Virus record (IMG/VR): IMGVR_UViG_2925891887_000005 | Source of the DNA: a virus | Lineage: Duplodnaviria; Heunggongvirae; Uroviricota; Caudoviricetes | Reading direction: 5' to 3' (one strand) | DNA length: 50,264 bases | Shown: positions 1-8,745 of the stretch, one piece after another | Layout of the letters: the number at the start of each line of letters is the position of its first letter | How positions within the stretch are numbered: the stretch's first letter is position 1 | The notes under the pieces: model-generated | Told to the model about the DNA's origin: nothing | The model's database searches: none | The model's input: only the letters and a program-made list of their open reading frames with translations | Made by a program: the position numbers and the translations under genes

Positions 1-1749
1 ATGACAGTGGCAAATTATAATTCTCTTGTCCAGAAAACTTTCTGCGAAAATGCAATTCGTTCCGTTGTCATGATTGATGACGATTTTCTGACGTATTCTG
101 AATCAATCAGGGCGTTGAATAACGAAGTTGATTTAGACTACAACAAAATTGACTCATCTAAACGAGCCGCTACTCTTGAGAGCTTTTTTCAATCTAAAAA
201 TATGATTTGTGATGTTGACAATGGTTCTGTTAATTTCGATGTGGATCGGATTAGAAAATCAGATCTTATTATTGTAGATTATCATCTTGATAATAATGCA
301 CCTGATAAAACACTTAAACTATTACAAGATTTGAAAGACTCCGATCATTTAAATATGATTGTAATATATACTAGAGAGAATTTAGAAACGGTTTGGATGC
401 AGATATCATCGACTCTCAAAGGTGCTCTGGATATCAACAGCTTGATCATTGACTACGATAATGAAGATGTCCAAAGTTATTGGGAAGACGTTGTATTACC
501 GAACTTAAATGATAATGGTAATAAAGCTCTCACAAGAGATGAAACAATAGCCTATATTAAAGACAGTAAGCCTTGTAGAAGAATTAAAAGATTAATACAT
601 GATGATGCTGTGTTGGAGGATCAAAAGGATAAAAACTTCATTGCAAAAATGATTGCAGAATATGCTGTGTCTAGAAATGCAATTATTTCTAGCAACACAT
701 CTGGCAATGTCATTCGGGGTGATGAAAGCGGAGTAAAATGGATTCAATGTGGTAATATCTTTGTCTCCCTATTTCATAAGGTTCAAGATGATCATGAAAA
801 CGATGGAGATAGGATTTGGCAAACTCTCAATGATTCTCTCATTGAATGGAAACCATCTTATTATCAGTTAATAAAATCTGAAATTCAGAATGCAATCGAA
901 GCTGAGGCTTTATCTTTTGTAAATCATTTGGCTAACGATCATTACGGTCAAGCTGCGTGGTTAAATGAGATATTAAAATCAGACTCGCCAGATATTAGAT
1001 GTAGAAATATTGACTTTGTATTTGGTAATTTATCAGAAGAGCTTTATCAAAGACTTAAAAATAATAATACGCTGGATGAATTTATCAAAAGTGTTTTTGA
1101 TAGCTATTCAAATGAATACGCTAACAGCGGAGTTGCTGCATTGCTCCAATATTGCTCTTCAAAAATGGATCTGCCATCAAATAATGATACTTATCACGAA
1201 ATGTATCATGCTTTAAATATGAATTTGTCTTCAAAGAATTTTGAAGATGGTCATATTTCTACTGGCACTATTTTCTTTGATACAGAGTCGAACAAATGGT
1301 ATTTATGTGTATCTGCGGCATGTGATTTGGTTCCTACTCAGGGTAACGACCCTCACCATGTAAGATTAAGTCCGCACAGGCTCATTAAAGTTCTGGAGCT
1401 TTTTAACGCCAGTCAGAGTAAAGCATTGCCATTTGCTGAACATTCGAAATATATATATGTAATGCATAAAAATCAAAGAAAATATCTCTCTATTTTCGAA
1501 GGGGATAAAACGCTTCCTGTTGTTGATTATATGGTGGTGTTGAATCATGGAACAACAGTTGATGGCGAAGAAAAAAATATTATTTCTGCCGTGTTTTTAA
1601 GTAATATGGATGGCAACGTGCAAAATGTTCCTGTCCGACTCAAACTTAAATCTCAACTGAGAACTGGTTATGCAGAAAGATATCAGGCTATAGCGTCTCA
1701 GTATAGCTCAAGGATTGGTGTGGATTATGTATCAATGATGCTACCATAA
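1..1749 (+). CDS. Hypothetical 582-aa protein with a CheY-like receiver (REC)-like N-terminus and a large uncharacterised C-terminal region
   Basis: Long ORF starting with ATG exactly at window position 1, so upstream context is unseen. N-terminal pattern VVMIDDDF ... DLIIVDYHLDNN ... MIVIYTRE fits the beta1 acidic pair, beta3 Asp and beta4 Thr of receiver domains. Visibly AT-rich compared with the phage core. Confidence 0.6.
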   Translation: MTVANYNSLVQKTFCENAIRSVVMIDDDFLTYSESIRALNNEVDLDYNKIDSSKRAATLESFFQSKNMICDVDNGSVNFDVDRIRKSDLIIVDYHLDNNAPDKTLKLLQDLKDSDHLNMIVIYTRENLETVWMQISSTLKGALDINSLIIDYDNEDVQSYWEDVVLPNLNDNGNKALTRDETIAYIKDSKPCRRIKRLIHDDAVLEDQKDKNFIAKMIAEYAVSRNAIISSNTSGNVIRGDESGVKWIQCGNIFVSLFHKVQDDHENDGDRIWQTLNDSLIEWKPSYYQLIKSEIQNAIEAEALSFVNHLANDHYGQAAWLNEILKSDSPDIRCRNIDFVFGNLSEELYQRLKNNNTLDEFIKSVFDSYSNEYANSGVAALLQYCSSKMDLPSNNDTYHEMYHALNMNLSSKNFEDGHISTGTIFFDTESNKWYLCVSAACDLVPTQGNDPHHVRLSPHRLIKVLELFNASQSKALPFAEHSKYIYVMHKNQRKYLSIFEGDKTLPVVDYMVVLNHGTTVDGEEKNIISAVFLSNMDGNVQNVPVRLKLKSQLRTGYAERYQAIASQYSSRIGVDYVSMMLP

Positions 1750-1820
1750 TTATTATATTTTAGGCGTGGTGATTTTTTTTCGCCATGCCTATTTTATATT
1801 TATCATCACAATGATGTTGT

Positions 1821-2237
1821 TTATTTTTGTTTAAGTCTTCTAAGCTTCATGCATTCTAATGAGAATAATAATAGAGTTGTGCTGTATATAAAGCCAGAGT
1901 TAGTTAATAACTTTAAATTTAATGCTTCAGGATTTTCACTGAGAAAGTGAAAGGCATAAACTAAGTATACAGCTAAAGTAGCCGTTCCAATTGTTGGTCC
2001 AATATCGCCTTGATCATGAGGTTCAAGGTTTACATTGAACTTGAAGATTAGCCATTCAAATCCCCAAGTAAAAAAAACAACTAATATCATGGCTGCGAAT
2101 AATTTCGCGATGTTATCTGCTGATGGATTCATCAGAACAGATTGTTTCTGAAAAAATTCACAAAGTGAGAGTCCGAAAAAAATAAAAAAAAGTGGTCTGG
2201 AACTAAATTTTTCAAAAACTTTGAATAGGGTTTCCAT
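1821..2237 (-). CDS. Small integral membrane protein (about 4 predicted TM helices), function unknown
   Basis: 138-aa ORF with four hydrophobic stretches (LFFIFFGLSL, AAMILVVFFTWGFEWLIF, TIGTATLAVYLVYAFHFL, GFIYSTTLLLFSL). AT-rich. Convergent with the 1-1749 ORF and directly downstream of the P4-like integrase. Confidence 0.5.
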   Translation of the reverse strand: METLFKVFEKFSSRPLFFIFFGLSLCEFFQKQSVLMNPSADNIAKLFAAMILVVFFTWGFEWLIFKFNVNLEPHDQGDIGPTIGTATLAVYLVYAFHFLSENPEALNLKLLTNSGFIYSTTLLLFSLECMKLRRLKQK

Positions 2238-2275
2238 TTTCTTTACCTTCAGGATTATATTAGCTATTCTGATAC

Positions 2276-3505
2276 TTAGGCTACCAGAGCATTTGATCTT
2301 TGAGCTTGAACGTAATCACTCCACCATTGCATCAAACTCTGTCGCTCTATCAGATATTCTGCACGATTGTATGCTGCGATAATTTCATCTTTTTTCGAGT
2401 GGGCAAGCGCTGCCTCAAGAACTTCAGCTCTGAATTTACCAGACTCCTCTGCCGCTGTTCGTGCAATAGAACGCATACCGTGAGCTACAAGCTCGCCTCC
2501 GAACCCCATTCGGATGATAGCTGCGTTGGCTGTTTGTTCATGCATATGATTAAGAGGCGCTTTTATGCTGGGGAAAACCCATTCTCTATGCCCACTTATT
2601 GATTTCATTAATTCAAGGATGCGCAAAGCTTCTTTACTCAAAGGAACTTTGTGAAGCTTTTTCATTTTCATGAAATCAGCAGGAATGTTCCAAATGCTGT
2701 TGGTTGTATCAATATCAGACCACCTTGCGCGAACGGCTTCACCCGGACGAACCCATGTCAACAATTGCCATTCAATTAGCATACGTGTTTCCAACCGGAT
2801 TGACGCATTCGTCAAAGATTCCATAAACCTTGGCAATTCGCTTGGGGGAAGGGCAGGCATATTTTGCTTTTTTGGTTTACTGAATCTTTGACCAAGGTTG
2901 TCAGCCGGGTTGAACTCAATAAGTTCTTCAGTAGCTGCCCACCGGAAGATTTCATTCAGACGTGAAATGATACGGCGTAGAGTTTCCAATACGCCTCGTT
3001 GCTCAATAGGATCAAGGTGTTGTTTTAAGAGCTTAGGTCGGATCTCATTGATAGGGACATTACCCAGACCGGGAAAGACATTTCTCTCTAAGCTGCGCCA
3101 GATGTCTGCTGCATGGTCTTGTGAGATACCTGATGTCTTTACCTTCTCATCTAACCATTTCCGCGCTACGGCTTGGAGAGTGTGCTCAGTAGCACTCTTT
3201 AATGCCTTCGCCTTATCGTTGTTATGGATTTGGGGATCAACACCATTTGCCAGAAAGGAGAGATATTCATCACGTAAGGCTCTGGCTCTTGCAAGGGTAA
3301 GGTGAGGATATGTCCCAAGGCTCATTTTGGTTCTTTTCTTGCTCACTGGTACTGCATACCTGAAATACCAATTTTTCTTGCCTCCTTTCGCCAAAGGAGC
3401 GATTCGTAGAATCAGACCATCACCGTCAAACAAGTTGATTTCTTTATCGGCTGGCTTGGTACTTTTGATTTCAGTGTCAGTGAGCTTCTTAGCGATTTTT
3501 GCCAT
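2276..3505 (-). CDS. int: P4-family tyrosine integrase (N-terminal DUF4102-type arm domain)
   Basis: N-terminus KKLTDTEIKSTKPADKEINLFDGDGLILRIAP...WYFRY is the signature of CP4-57/P4-type integrases; C-terminal catalytic region present. Start chosen at internal MAKIAKK (the track ORF extends to 3547). Lies beside the ssrA 3'-end remnant. Confidence 0.85.
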   Translation of the reverse strand: MAKIAKKLTDTEIKSTKPADKEINLFDGDGLILRIAPLAKGGKKNWYFRYAVPVSKKRTKMSLGTYPHLTLARARALRDEYLSFLANGVDPQIHNNDKAKALKSATEHTLQAVARKWLDEKVKTSGISQDHAADIWRSLERNVFPGLGNVPINEIRPKLLKQHLDPIEQRGVLETLRRIISRLNEIFRWAATEELIEFNPADNLGQRFSKPKKQNMPALPPSELPRFMESLTNASIRLETRMLIEWQLLTWVRPGEAVRARWSDIDTTNSIWNIPADFMKMKKLHKVPLSKEALRILELMKSISGHREWVFPSIKAPLNHMHEQTANAAIIRMGFGGELVAHGMRSIARTAAEESGKFRAEVLEAALAHSKKDEIIAAYNRAEYLIERQSLMQWWSDYVQAQRSNALVA

Positions 3506-3670
3506 TTTGGGACCCTCGGTTTTTGGACCCTTCTTAGTGGGTCCCATTCAGGGTGCCATAACTCGTAGTTCTCAGCAATTCTCACTGGACGACAATAGAC
3601 GTAAAAAAGCCCGCAGAGCTTGTGCTGTGTGGGCTTAGTAGACTTCATTGAACTTCAAACAACTAAAAAG

Positions 3671-3700
3671 TGGTGGAGCTGGCGGGAGTTGAACCCGCGT
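3671..3700. repeat. 30-bp direct repeat of the ssrA 3' end (attachment-site core; left prophage boundary)
   Basis: tggtggagctggcgggagttgaacccgcgt at 3671-3700 is identical to 49863-49892, the 3' terminus of intact ssrA; flanking sequence diverges on both sides. Confidence 0.85.
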
Positions 3701-3841
3701 ATGATTGAATTTATGTGTATGAAAAATAAAGTTTAATTTCTTCCTGCAATCTTTGCGTATCAAAAACGTGCACTTCGTCATTATTTTATAGTAATTTATT
3801 TTGCTCATTTTTGACTAGACAGATTTGGCTGAGGTGTCGCC

Positions 3842-4765
3842 ATGGAACTGTTGATTTCCCCAAAAAGATTGTGCCTTTATAATGATTCTGATCGCCGTGT
3901 TACAGCTAAGTTTTTGAACTCAGTTGATAACACCCTTGCGAGAGCATCTGGACAAGTGGTTATAGACTTTTCGACAGTAGAATATGCAGGTGCTGCAGCT
4001 AGCGTAAGGTTGTTTGCTATCATCAGTAGGGCTTATTTTATGGCATTCGGCACAAGTAGTCTTCGATTTATTTGGCCGAAAAAAGAAAATAATCCGTATG
4101 GGCATCGATATATTGTTGGGACGGGGTTATCGATTGCTCTAATGGCAAATACAGTTGATAAATTAGATGTTCTTACTAAGGAACGCAGGTACTTTCAGTC
4201 TGCTGTGGAACCGTATGAACATTGGGCTAAAACGATGGAATTTATTGATTCAAAAGCAATTCTCACATTTGAGCAATATCTTTTGGTCTCCTCAGCCCTT
4301 AGTGAGGCAATGCTGAATGTTTCATATCATGCATATGAACATCCAGACTTTGCTGGTGCTACAGAGCATATGCAAGGGAAACGATGGTGGCAGAGTTGTT
4401 GGTACAACCCTGACACAGACAAGGTTGTCTTTATTATTTATGATCTTGGGCTTGGCATACATAAATCATTTACTTCAGCCTCTCCGTTGTTTACTGGGTA
4501 TGACGACGTGACATCTGTGTCAACAGCCCTGACAGGAGGACAGTCCAGATATGTTAACGCTGGACGTGGTAATGGTTCTGAGGATATAAAGAGACCTATA
4601 GGGTCTGGCTGTGCGAATTCAGAATCACTTTTGGTGTTCACAGGGAATGTTAAGTACAGCTATAATTCAAGAAATGAGGTTCCCAAATGCGAGTGGATAC
4701 CTGAGTACATGCCGGGAACATTGATTGAATGGTCATTAGTTCCGAGGAGAGGAGAAGATGGTTAA
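3842..4765 (+). CDS. GHKL-type (histidine-kinase-like) ATPase-domain protein, possibly with an N-terminal STAS-like segment
   Basis: N-box-like SEAMLNVSYHAYEH, G1-like IIYDLGLGI and G2-like GRGNGS...IGSG motifs in the C-terminal half. N-terminal VVIDFSTVEYAGAAASVRLF resembles STAS-like folds. GAGG ribosome-binding site 8 nt upstream of the ATG. Confidence 0.6.
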   Translation: MELLISPKRLCLYNDSDRRVTAKFLNSVDNTLARASGQVVIDFSTVEYAGAAASVRLFAIISRAYFMAFGTSSLRFIWPKKENNPYGHRYIVGTGLSIALMANTVDKLDVLTKERRYFQSAVEPYEHWAKTMEFIDSKAILTFEQYLLVSSALSEAMLNVSYHAYEHPDFAGATEHMQGKRWWQSCWYNPDTDKVVFIIYDLGLGIHKSFTSASPLFTGYDDVTSVSTALTGGQSRYVNAGRGNGSEDIKRPIGSGCANSESLLVFTGNVKYSYNSRNEVPKCEWIPEYMPGTLIEWSLVPRRGEDG

Positions 4766-5099
4766 CATCGTCATAGCAAGGGATTTCTCAAAGATGCCAT
4801 TTGGAAGGTTCAAGTCTGACAGCCCGAACAGTGCTGAGCGTTTTCGTAAGGACTTTCTGGTTCCTGCATTAAAATCTGGTGAGCGTGAGGTTGTCGTAGA
4901 TTTTACGGGTATAAATCATGGGATTGGTTCTTCGTTTCTAGAGGAGGCCTTTGGAGGGCTTGTTAGGAAGGAAGGTGTACCTAAGGCTGACATTAAGGCA
5001 AAACTAATTATAAAAAGTGATTTGCCGTTCTATAAAGATCAAATTTTTAGATATATTGAAATGGCTAATCCAGAAAGGAAGCCTTTCCAAAGGAGTTGA
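4758..5099 (+). CDS. STAS-like (DUF4325-like) small protein, putative partner of the upstream GHKL ATPase
   Basis: 113 aa. Motif VVVDFTGINHGIGSSFLEEAFGGL matches the conserved core I recall for STAS-like/DUF4325 domains. ATG overlaps the upstream stop (translational coupling) and follows a GAGGAGAGGAG ribosome-binding site. Confidence 0.55.
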   Translation: MVNIVIARDFSKMPFGRFKSDSPNSAERFRKDFLVPALKSGEREVVVDFTGINHGIGSSFLEEAFGGLVRKEGVPKADIKAKLIIKSDLPFYKDQIFRYIEMANPERKPFQRS

Positions 5100-5100
5100 T

Positions 5101-5730
5101 TTGAACACCGTTGATATTAAGGACACCCTTGCAGGGGTGTCCACTTACGCATGGATGTTTAGTGTTGTGAGTATTATCTTAGTGTTTATTGGATGGTTTG
5201 TTACTTACAATAATTCACTGAAGATTGCTACTCGCTCTGAATCTAAATCGATTATAGATGCGATTGCTAAAATTTTAAACGAAATATCGGATTTGTCTCT
5301 GGATTACTGGGTTAATAAGTCAACACCACCAGATTCTAATCCATTTAAGAAAAAAAGTTTTAAGAACTCTAATGGATTGCATACTCAGTCGGCGAAAATA
5401 TATTTAACGGCAATTCATGGAAAAGCCATACAAATAAATAAATACATTAATCTTCTCGATGAGAGGGGGATAAAAATAACAATTTCGTATTTTTCTAATA
5501 TTATAGATGAAGCTACTATGGAATGTGAGAAATCATATTGTTTTAATAAGTCATATAGGGTTTTTCGCGCTCAGAATGTATCTAGTGCTTGTATCGATTT
5601 CATAATGCATTTATATGATTCTTTTCAAAAAAATCATCCTCCACGTAAGCCTGTATATGTATTGAAAACATTAAAACAATTGGATTGTTACTTGGATAAA
5701 TGGCATAATGAATTATGTGGGCGGCAATAA
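5101..5730 (+). CDS. Membrane-anchored protein (single N-terminal TM helix plus about 170-aa soluble domain), function unknown
   Basis: Track ORF is 5017-5730. AAGGAG sits 5 nt before an in-frame TTG at 5101, immediately after the upstream stop; alternative starts are ATG 5017 or ATG 5155. TM segment YAWMFSVVSIILVFIGWFVTY. Very AT-rich. Confidence 0.5.
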   Translation: MNTVDIKDTLAGVSTYAWMFSVVSIILVFIGWFVTYNNSLKIATRSESKSIIDAIAKILNEISDLSLDYWVNKSTPPDSNPFKKKSFKNSNGLHTQSAKIYLTAIHGKAIQINKYINLLDERGIKITISYFSNIIDEATMECEKSYCFNKSYRVFRAQNVSSACIDFIMHLYDSFQKNHPPRKPVYVLKTLKQLDCYLDKWHNELCGRQ

Positions 5731-5742
5731 ATGCCGCCATAA

Positions 5743-6909
5743 TCATTGTATAATGTATTTGATGGAGCTTTTTCCGTCGTATTCTTTGAGATATCGACCA
5801 TAGTGCCTGAAAAGCATCTCCGGCCCTTTATGCCCCATTTGAGCTGCAAGCCAAAACAGGTTTGCTCCTCGGCTGATATGGCTGGTGGCGAATGTATGCC
5901 TGGTTTGATATGGGTTTCTGTAACGAATACCTGCTTTTCGCAATGTTGGCACCCATGCTTTTTTCCTAATTGCATCAGCACTTGCCCAAGGCTTATTGGT
6001 CTTTGGATCTTCAAAGACAGTAGTATCCTTCATGAATGTAAATGGCTTCTGATTTATCAGCGCCAACATTGCCTCTTCTGTCAGTTCAACTTTCCGAGTA
6101 CCTGCTTTTGTCTTTGTCCCTTTGATAACACCGACAACACTTGCGCTCTGGACATAGGCAGTTTTTCCAACAAAGTCGATATCACGCCATCGAAGGGCAC
6201 ATAATTCAGAACTACGCAGGCCTGTATGTATAGCGAACCGGAACAGATTTTCCCATTGTTTGTTTCCGGCTGCTGCTAGTAATGCATCAACTTCTGCTGG
6301 TGATAGCGGATCAACTACGTAGCTGCTTTCTGCTTCTGACTTATCACTTTGGTAGCGCGAAGCTGTTACTAACGATACGGGGTTAATTTGAAGTACCCCA
6401 TCGGTCACGGCTTCATCAAGTGCTGACCGCAGGAAAGATAACTGGTTGCGAATTGTTTTTAAGGTCGTTTTCTGATTTTGAATCCACGCTTTCAGGGTTG
6501 CTGGTGTTAATTCACTTGCAGGGCAAATGTGAAGTGAGGCTAACGCACTACGGCATTTTTTATAGCCACCAATCGTAGAGGGTGAAAGTTTTCTTGTTTC
6601 GCAGATTTCAAGATATTCGTCCAGGTACATCTTTACCGTTTTGCCTGCAGCAGCATTACCAAAAATTTTCAAACGAGCAGAACGGGGAAAATATTCTGCA
6701 TAAATGAATGTTCCCCTTTCGATCTTATTATGGATTTCGCCGAGTGTACGCTCGGCGTATTTAATGTTCTTTGGTGTTACTTCCAGATTGGAAAGCGGCT
6801 CACGACATCTAACTCCTTTGTAGGTGAAAGTTATATTGATCGTTTCTCCCTGGCGGTGTTTCCTGATTGTTACGCCGCGCGGTAGTTTGAGCAGTTTTGT
6901 CTGGCCCAT
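5743..6909 (-). CDS. int: Prophage tyrosine integrase (lambda-type, arm-binding N-terminus)
   Basis: 388 aa with a catalytic C-terminus (R...HxxR...Y pattern: RHTFATS, LFRHYGRY) and an N-terminal arm-type domain. Immediately downstream of xis in the leftward operon. Confidence 0.9.
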   Translation of the reverse strand: MGQTKLLKLPRGVTIRKHRQGETINITFTYKGVRCREPLSNLEVTPKNIKYAERTLGEIHNKIERGTFIYAEYFPRSARLKIFGNAAAGKTVKMYLDEYLEICETRKLSPSTIGGYKKCRSALASLHICPASELTPATLKAWIQNQKTTLKTIRNQLSFLRSALDEAVTDGVLQINPVSLVTASRYQSDKSEAESSYVVDPLSPAEVDALLAAAGNKQWENLFRFAIHTGLRSSELCALRWRDIDFVGKTAYVQSASVVGVIKGTKTKAGTRKVELTEEAMLALINQKPFTFMKDTTVFEDPKTNKPWASADAIRKKAWVPTLRKAGIRYRNPYQTRHTFATSHISRGANLFWLAAQMGHKGPEMLFRHYGRYLKEYDGKSSIKYIIQ

Positions 6910-7076
6910 TTTGCAACCTCACTAAGATCAATCCACCTCTCCTTAACGCCTTCAACCTTTAAAACCTGAACACCTTCACGCCAAACACCGCGCTGTACAC
7001 GTTTGTTTATTGCTTCAGGAGTTTCGCCAGTTTCTTTGCAATAAGTTGAGATAGGAACACAATCGAGGTTCAGCAT
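6870..7076 (-). CDS. xis: Excisionase (Xis-like DNA-binding protein)
   Basis: Small basic ORF overlapping the int start; winged-helix-like TGETPEAINKRVQRGVWREG. Start placed at MLNLDC, which has GGAG 8 nt upstream; the track ORF extends to 7115. Confidence 0.65.
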   Translation of the reverse strand: MLNLDCVPISTYCKETGETPEAINKRVQRGVWREGVQVLKVEGVKERWIDLSEVAKWARQNCSNYRAA

Positions 7077-7117
7077 ACGTTTCTCCATTATCCCGTCTGC
7101 ACACGGGAGCAACATTA

Positions 7118-8008
7118 TTAACGAATAGTGTCGTTACTTTGAAGTACAGCAAATGCCATTAATACTTCTAAAGTATATCTTCTATAAAATTTAACAAAAC
7201 CAACATAGAAAACATAGACGAAGAAAAAGCTAAGCATTATTGAAAGTAAACTATAAAGATAATCACTATGAGTACATAATCGATAAATAAAGGTTGGAAC
7301 TGATACCCAAAATGAAATTATAAAGATTAAACATATGTTTCTGCAAAAACCATATAATGCAACATAGTTTTGAATTTTTGTTTGATGTTGTTTTGAAAAC
7401 TCATAAACATAATGATATGCCAATCTGAAGAGATCATCATCAAGTCCGTTTTTATCTTGTAATAATTGGCGATTTGTTATGAACTTTTTCTCATAACCTT
7501 CTTTGATCATTAACCATGTTGTATTAGCTAAATGAAATGGTAGAGATTGAGAATAACATAGTTTTTGTGTTATAAAATCCCATAGTATTATTGGGCATAA
7601 TACGCATTTGATTATGCGATTCTTTATTTTTGTTTTTTTATCAGCGCTTCTCTCATCGCATGATGGGCTACAAATGCTTTCTGAGGTATCTATCAATTTT
7701 TTAAATAGATATTTGGAAGGATATCCTAATTCTTTATTCATGTGTTTTTCGATAAAAAATGCTGACGTGATAGAAATAAAATGTCCAGCTATATAAGATA
7801 TAATAACTATTGAAGCGTAGTTCAAAATGCCAAAGATTTGACTTTGACCTCTGAGCAATTCACTTAAGTCAATAACAATATCTAGATCGAATGTCAAACC
7901 ACAGAAATACATTAATAGGATAAAAAAACCACCTGGTATTAAATATCCAAGAAAGTCATAGAATGAGAATGGATTTTGATTCATTGTTGCTCTCCAATAA
8001 TTGTTCAA
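7118..8008 (-). CDS. Polytopic membrane protein, unknown function (moron in the early-left operon)
   Basis: 296 aa with at least four hydrophobic helices at the N- and C-termini; extremely AT-rich, contrasting with flanking phage genes. Confidence 0.5.
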   Translation of the reverse strand: MNNYWRATMNQNPFSFYDFLGYLIPGGFFILLMYFCGLTFDLDIVIDLSELLRGQSQIFGILNYASIVIISYIAGHFISITSAFFIEKHMNKELGYPSKYLFKKLIDTSESICSPSCDERSADKKTKIKNRIIKCVLCPIILWDFITQKLCYSQSLPFHLANTTWLMIKEGYEKKFITNRQLLQDKNGLDDDLFRLAYHYVYEFSKQHQTKIQNYVALYGFCRNICLIFIISFWVSVPTFIYRLCTHSDYLYSLLSIMLSFFFVYVFYVGFVKFYRRYTLEVLMAFAVLQSNDTIR

Positions 8009-8092
8009 TTTGTAATATAACCTATATCTATATGTTAATAAATTACTTATATGTTCTTTTATGGCAGAGTTTGAATTCGTACGTGCTGATTT

Positions 8093-8617
8093 TTACGACT
8101 CAGTTAACTCTTTAAAGCGTTCCATAAACATCCCATAGGTATGGCCTGGCGACAGTGGAATAACTTTGAACATCTCTGTTGCCGGGATACCTTCCAGTAC
8201 GGGCCAGAAAGAGCCATCATCAAGCCCGAGATCGCGGCGTTCGGTTGCCAGCATGATGAGATCGGCATATTTCACGGGCGTACTCATAACCGGGGGTAAC
8301 CCGTATTTCTCACGGATTACGGCGTCTATTTTTTCTTCCATCCGTTTATAGTCAGGAAGAAGGCGTTTCAGTGGAGCCGGGATGTCCTGGCAATACGCTT
8401 CTGTTGCATCATGCATTAACGCTTCAAAAGCAAATTCCTGCGGTACCAGCTGGCTGCAAAGCACCGCATGTTGGGCGACGCTGTAGAAGTGTGAAAGATG
8501 GCCGGCAAAGCGACAGATATTTGAAAGGGAAACCGCGATATCGTTAATATCGATGTTGTCTTTATTTATCCTGTCATAATAAAAATGTTTCCCGGAAAAA
8601 GTTTTAATAAATGACAT
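8093..8617 (-). CDS. yfdR: HD-domain phosphohydrolase (YfdR-like)
   Basis: H...H (HLSHFYSVAQHAV) and HD (ALMHDATEAY) metal-binding motifs. ATG at 8617 is preceded by GGAG; the track ORF begins at GTG 8629. Confidence 0.75.
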   Translation of the reverse strand: MSFIKTFSGKHFYYDRINKDNIDINDIAVSLSNICRFAGHLSHFYSVAQHAVLCSQLVPQEFAFEALMHDATEAYCQDIPAPLKRLLPDYKRMEEKIDAVIREKYGLPPVMSTPVKYADLIMLATERRDLGLDDGSFWPVLEGIPATEMFKVIPLSPGHTYGMFMERFKELTES

Positions 8618-8745
8618 TTTATTCTCCACGTTATATGCGCTGCATCGCGCTGAATTTTGGTTAAAGAAAACCCTCGCCTTCAGGCGATTATTGAGTCAAT
8701 TACGTTTCCATAAATGCCCCCGCAGGGGCATTTGCAGTAATGAAA

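Larger units (their letters stand above)
1..3670. mobile_element. Right end of a P4-integrase-associated island (cargo plus int), truncated by the window edge
   Basis: P4-family int abuts the ssrA 3' remnant exactly as int abuts intact ssrA in CP4-57-type islands; the cargo is AT-rich. Confidence 0.5.

Noticed and set aside
1010-1548. Small internal ORFs (1010-1216 plus strand, 1366-1548 minus strand) within the 582-aa gene
   Set aside because: Nested within or antisense to the long AT-rich ORF; AT-rich DNA produces many short spurious frames.
3671-3700. Possible stand-alone tRNA or tmRNA gene at the left prophage boundary
   Set aside because: Only the 30-nt 3'-terminal segment of ssrA is present; the upstream sequence does not continue the tmRNA. 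It is an att-site remnant, not a gene.
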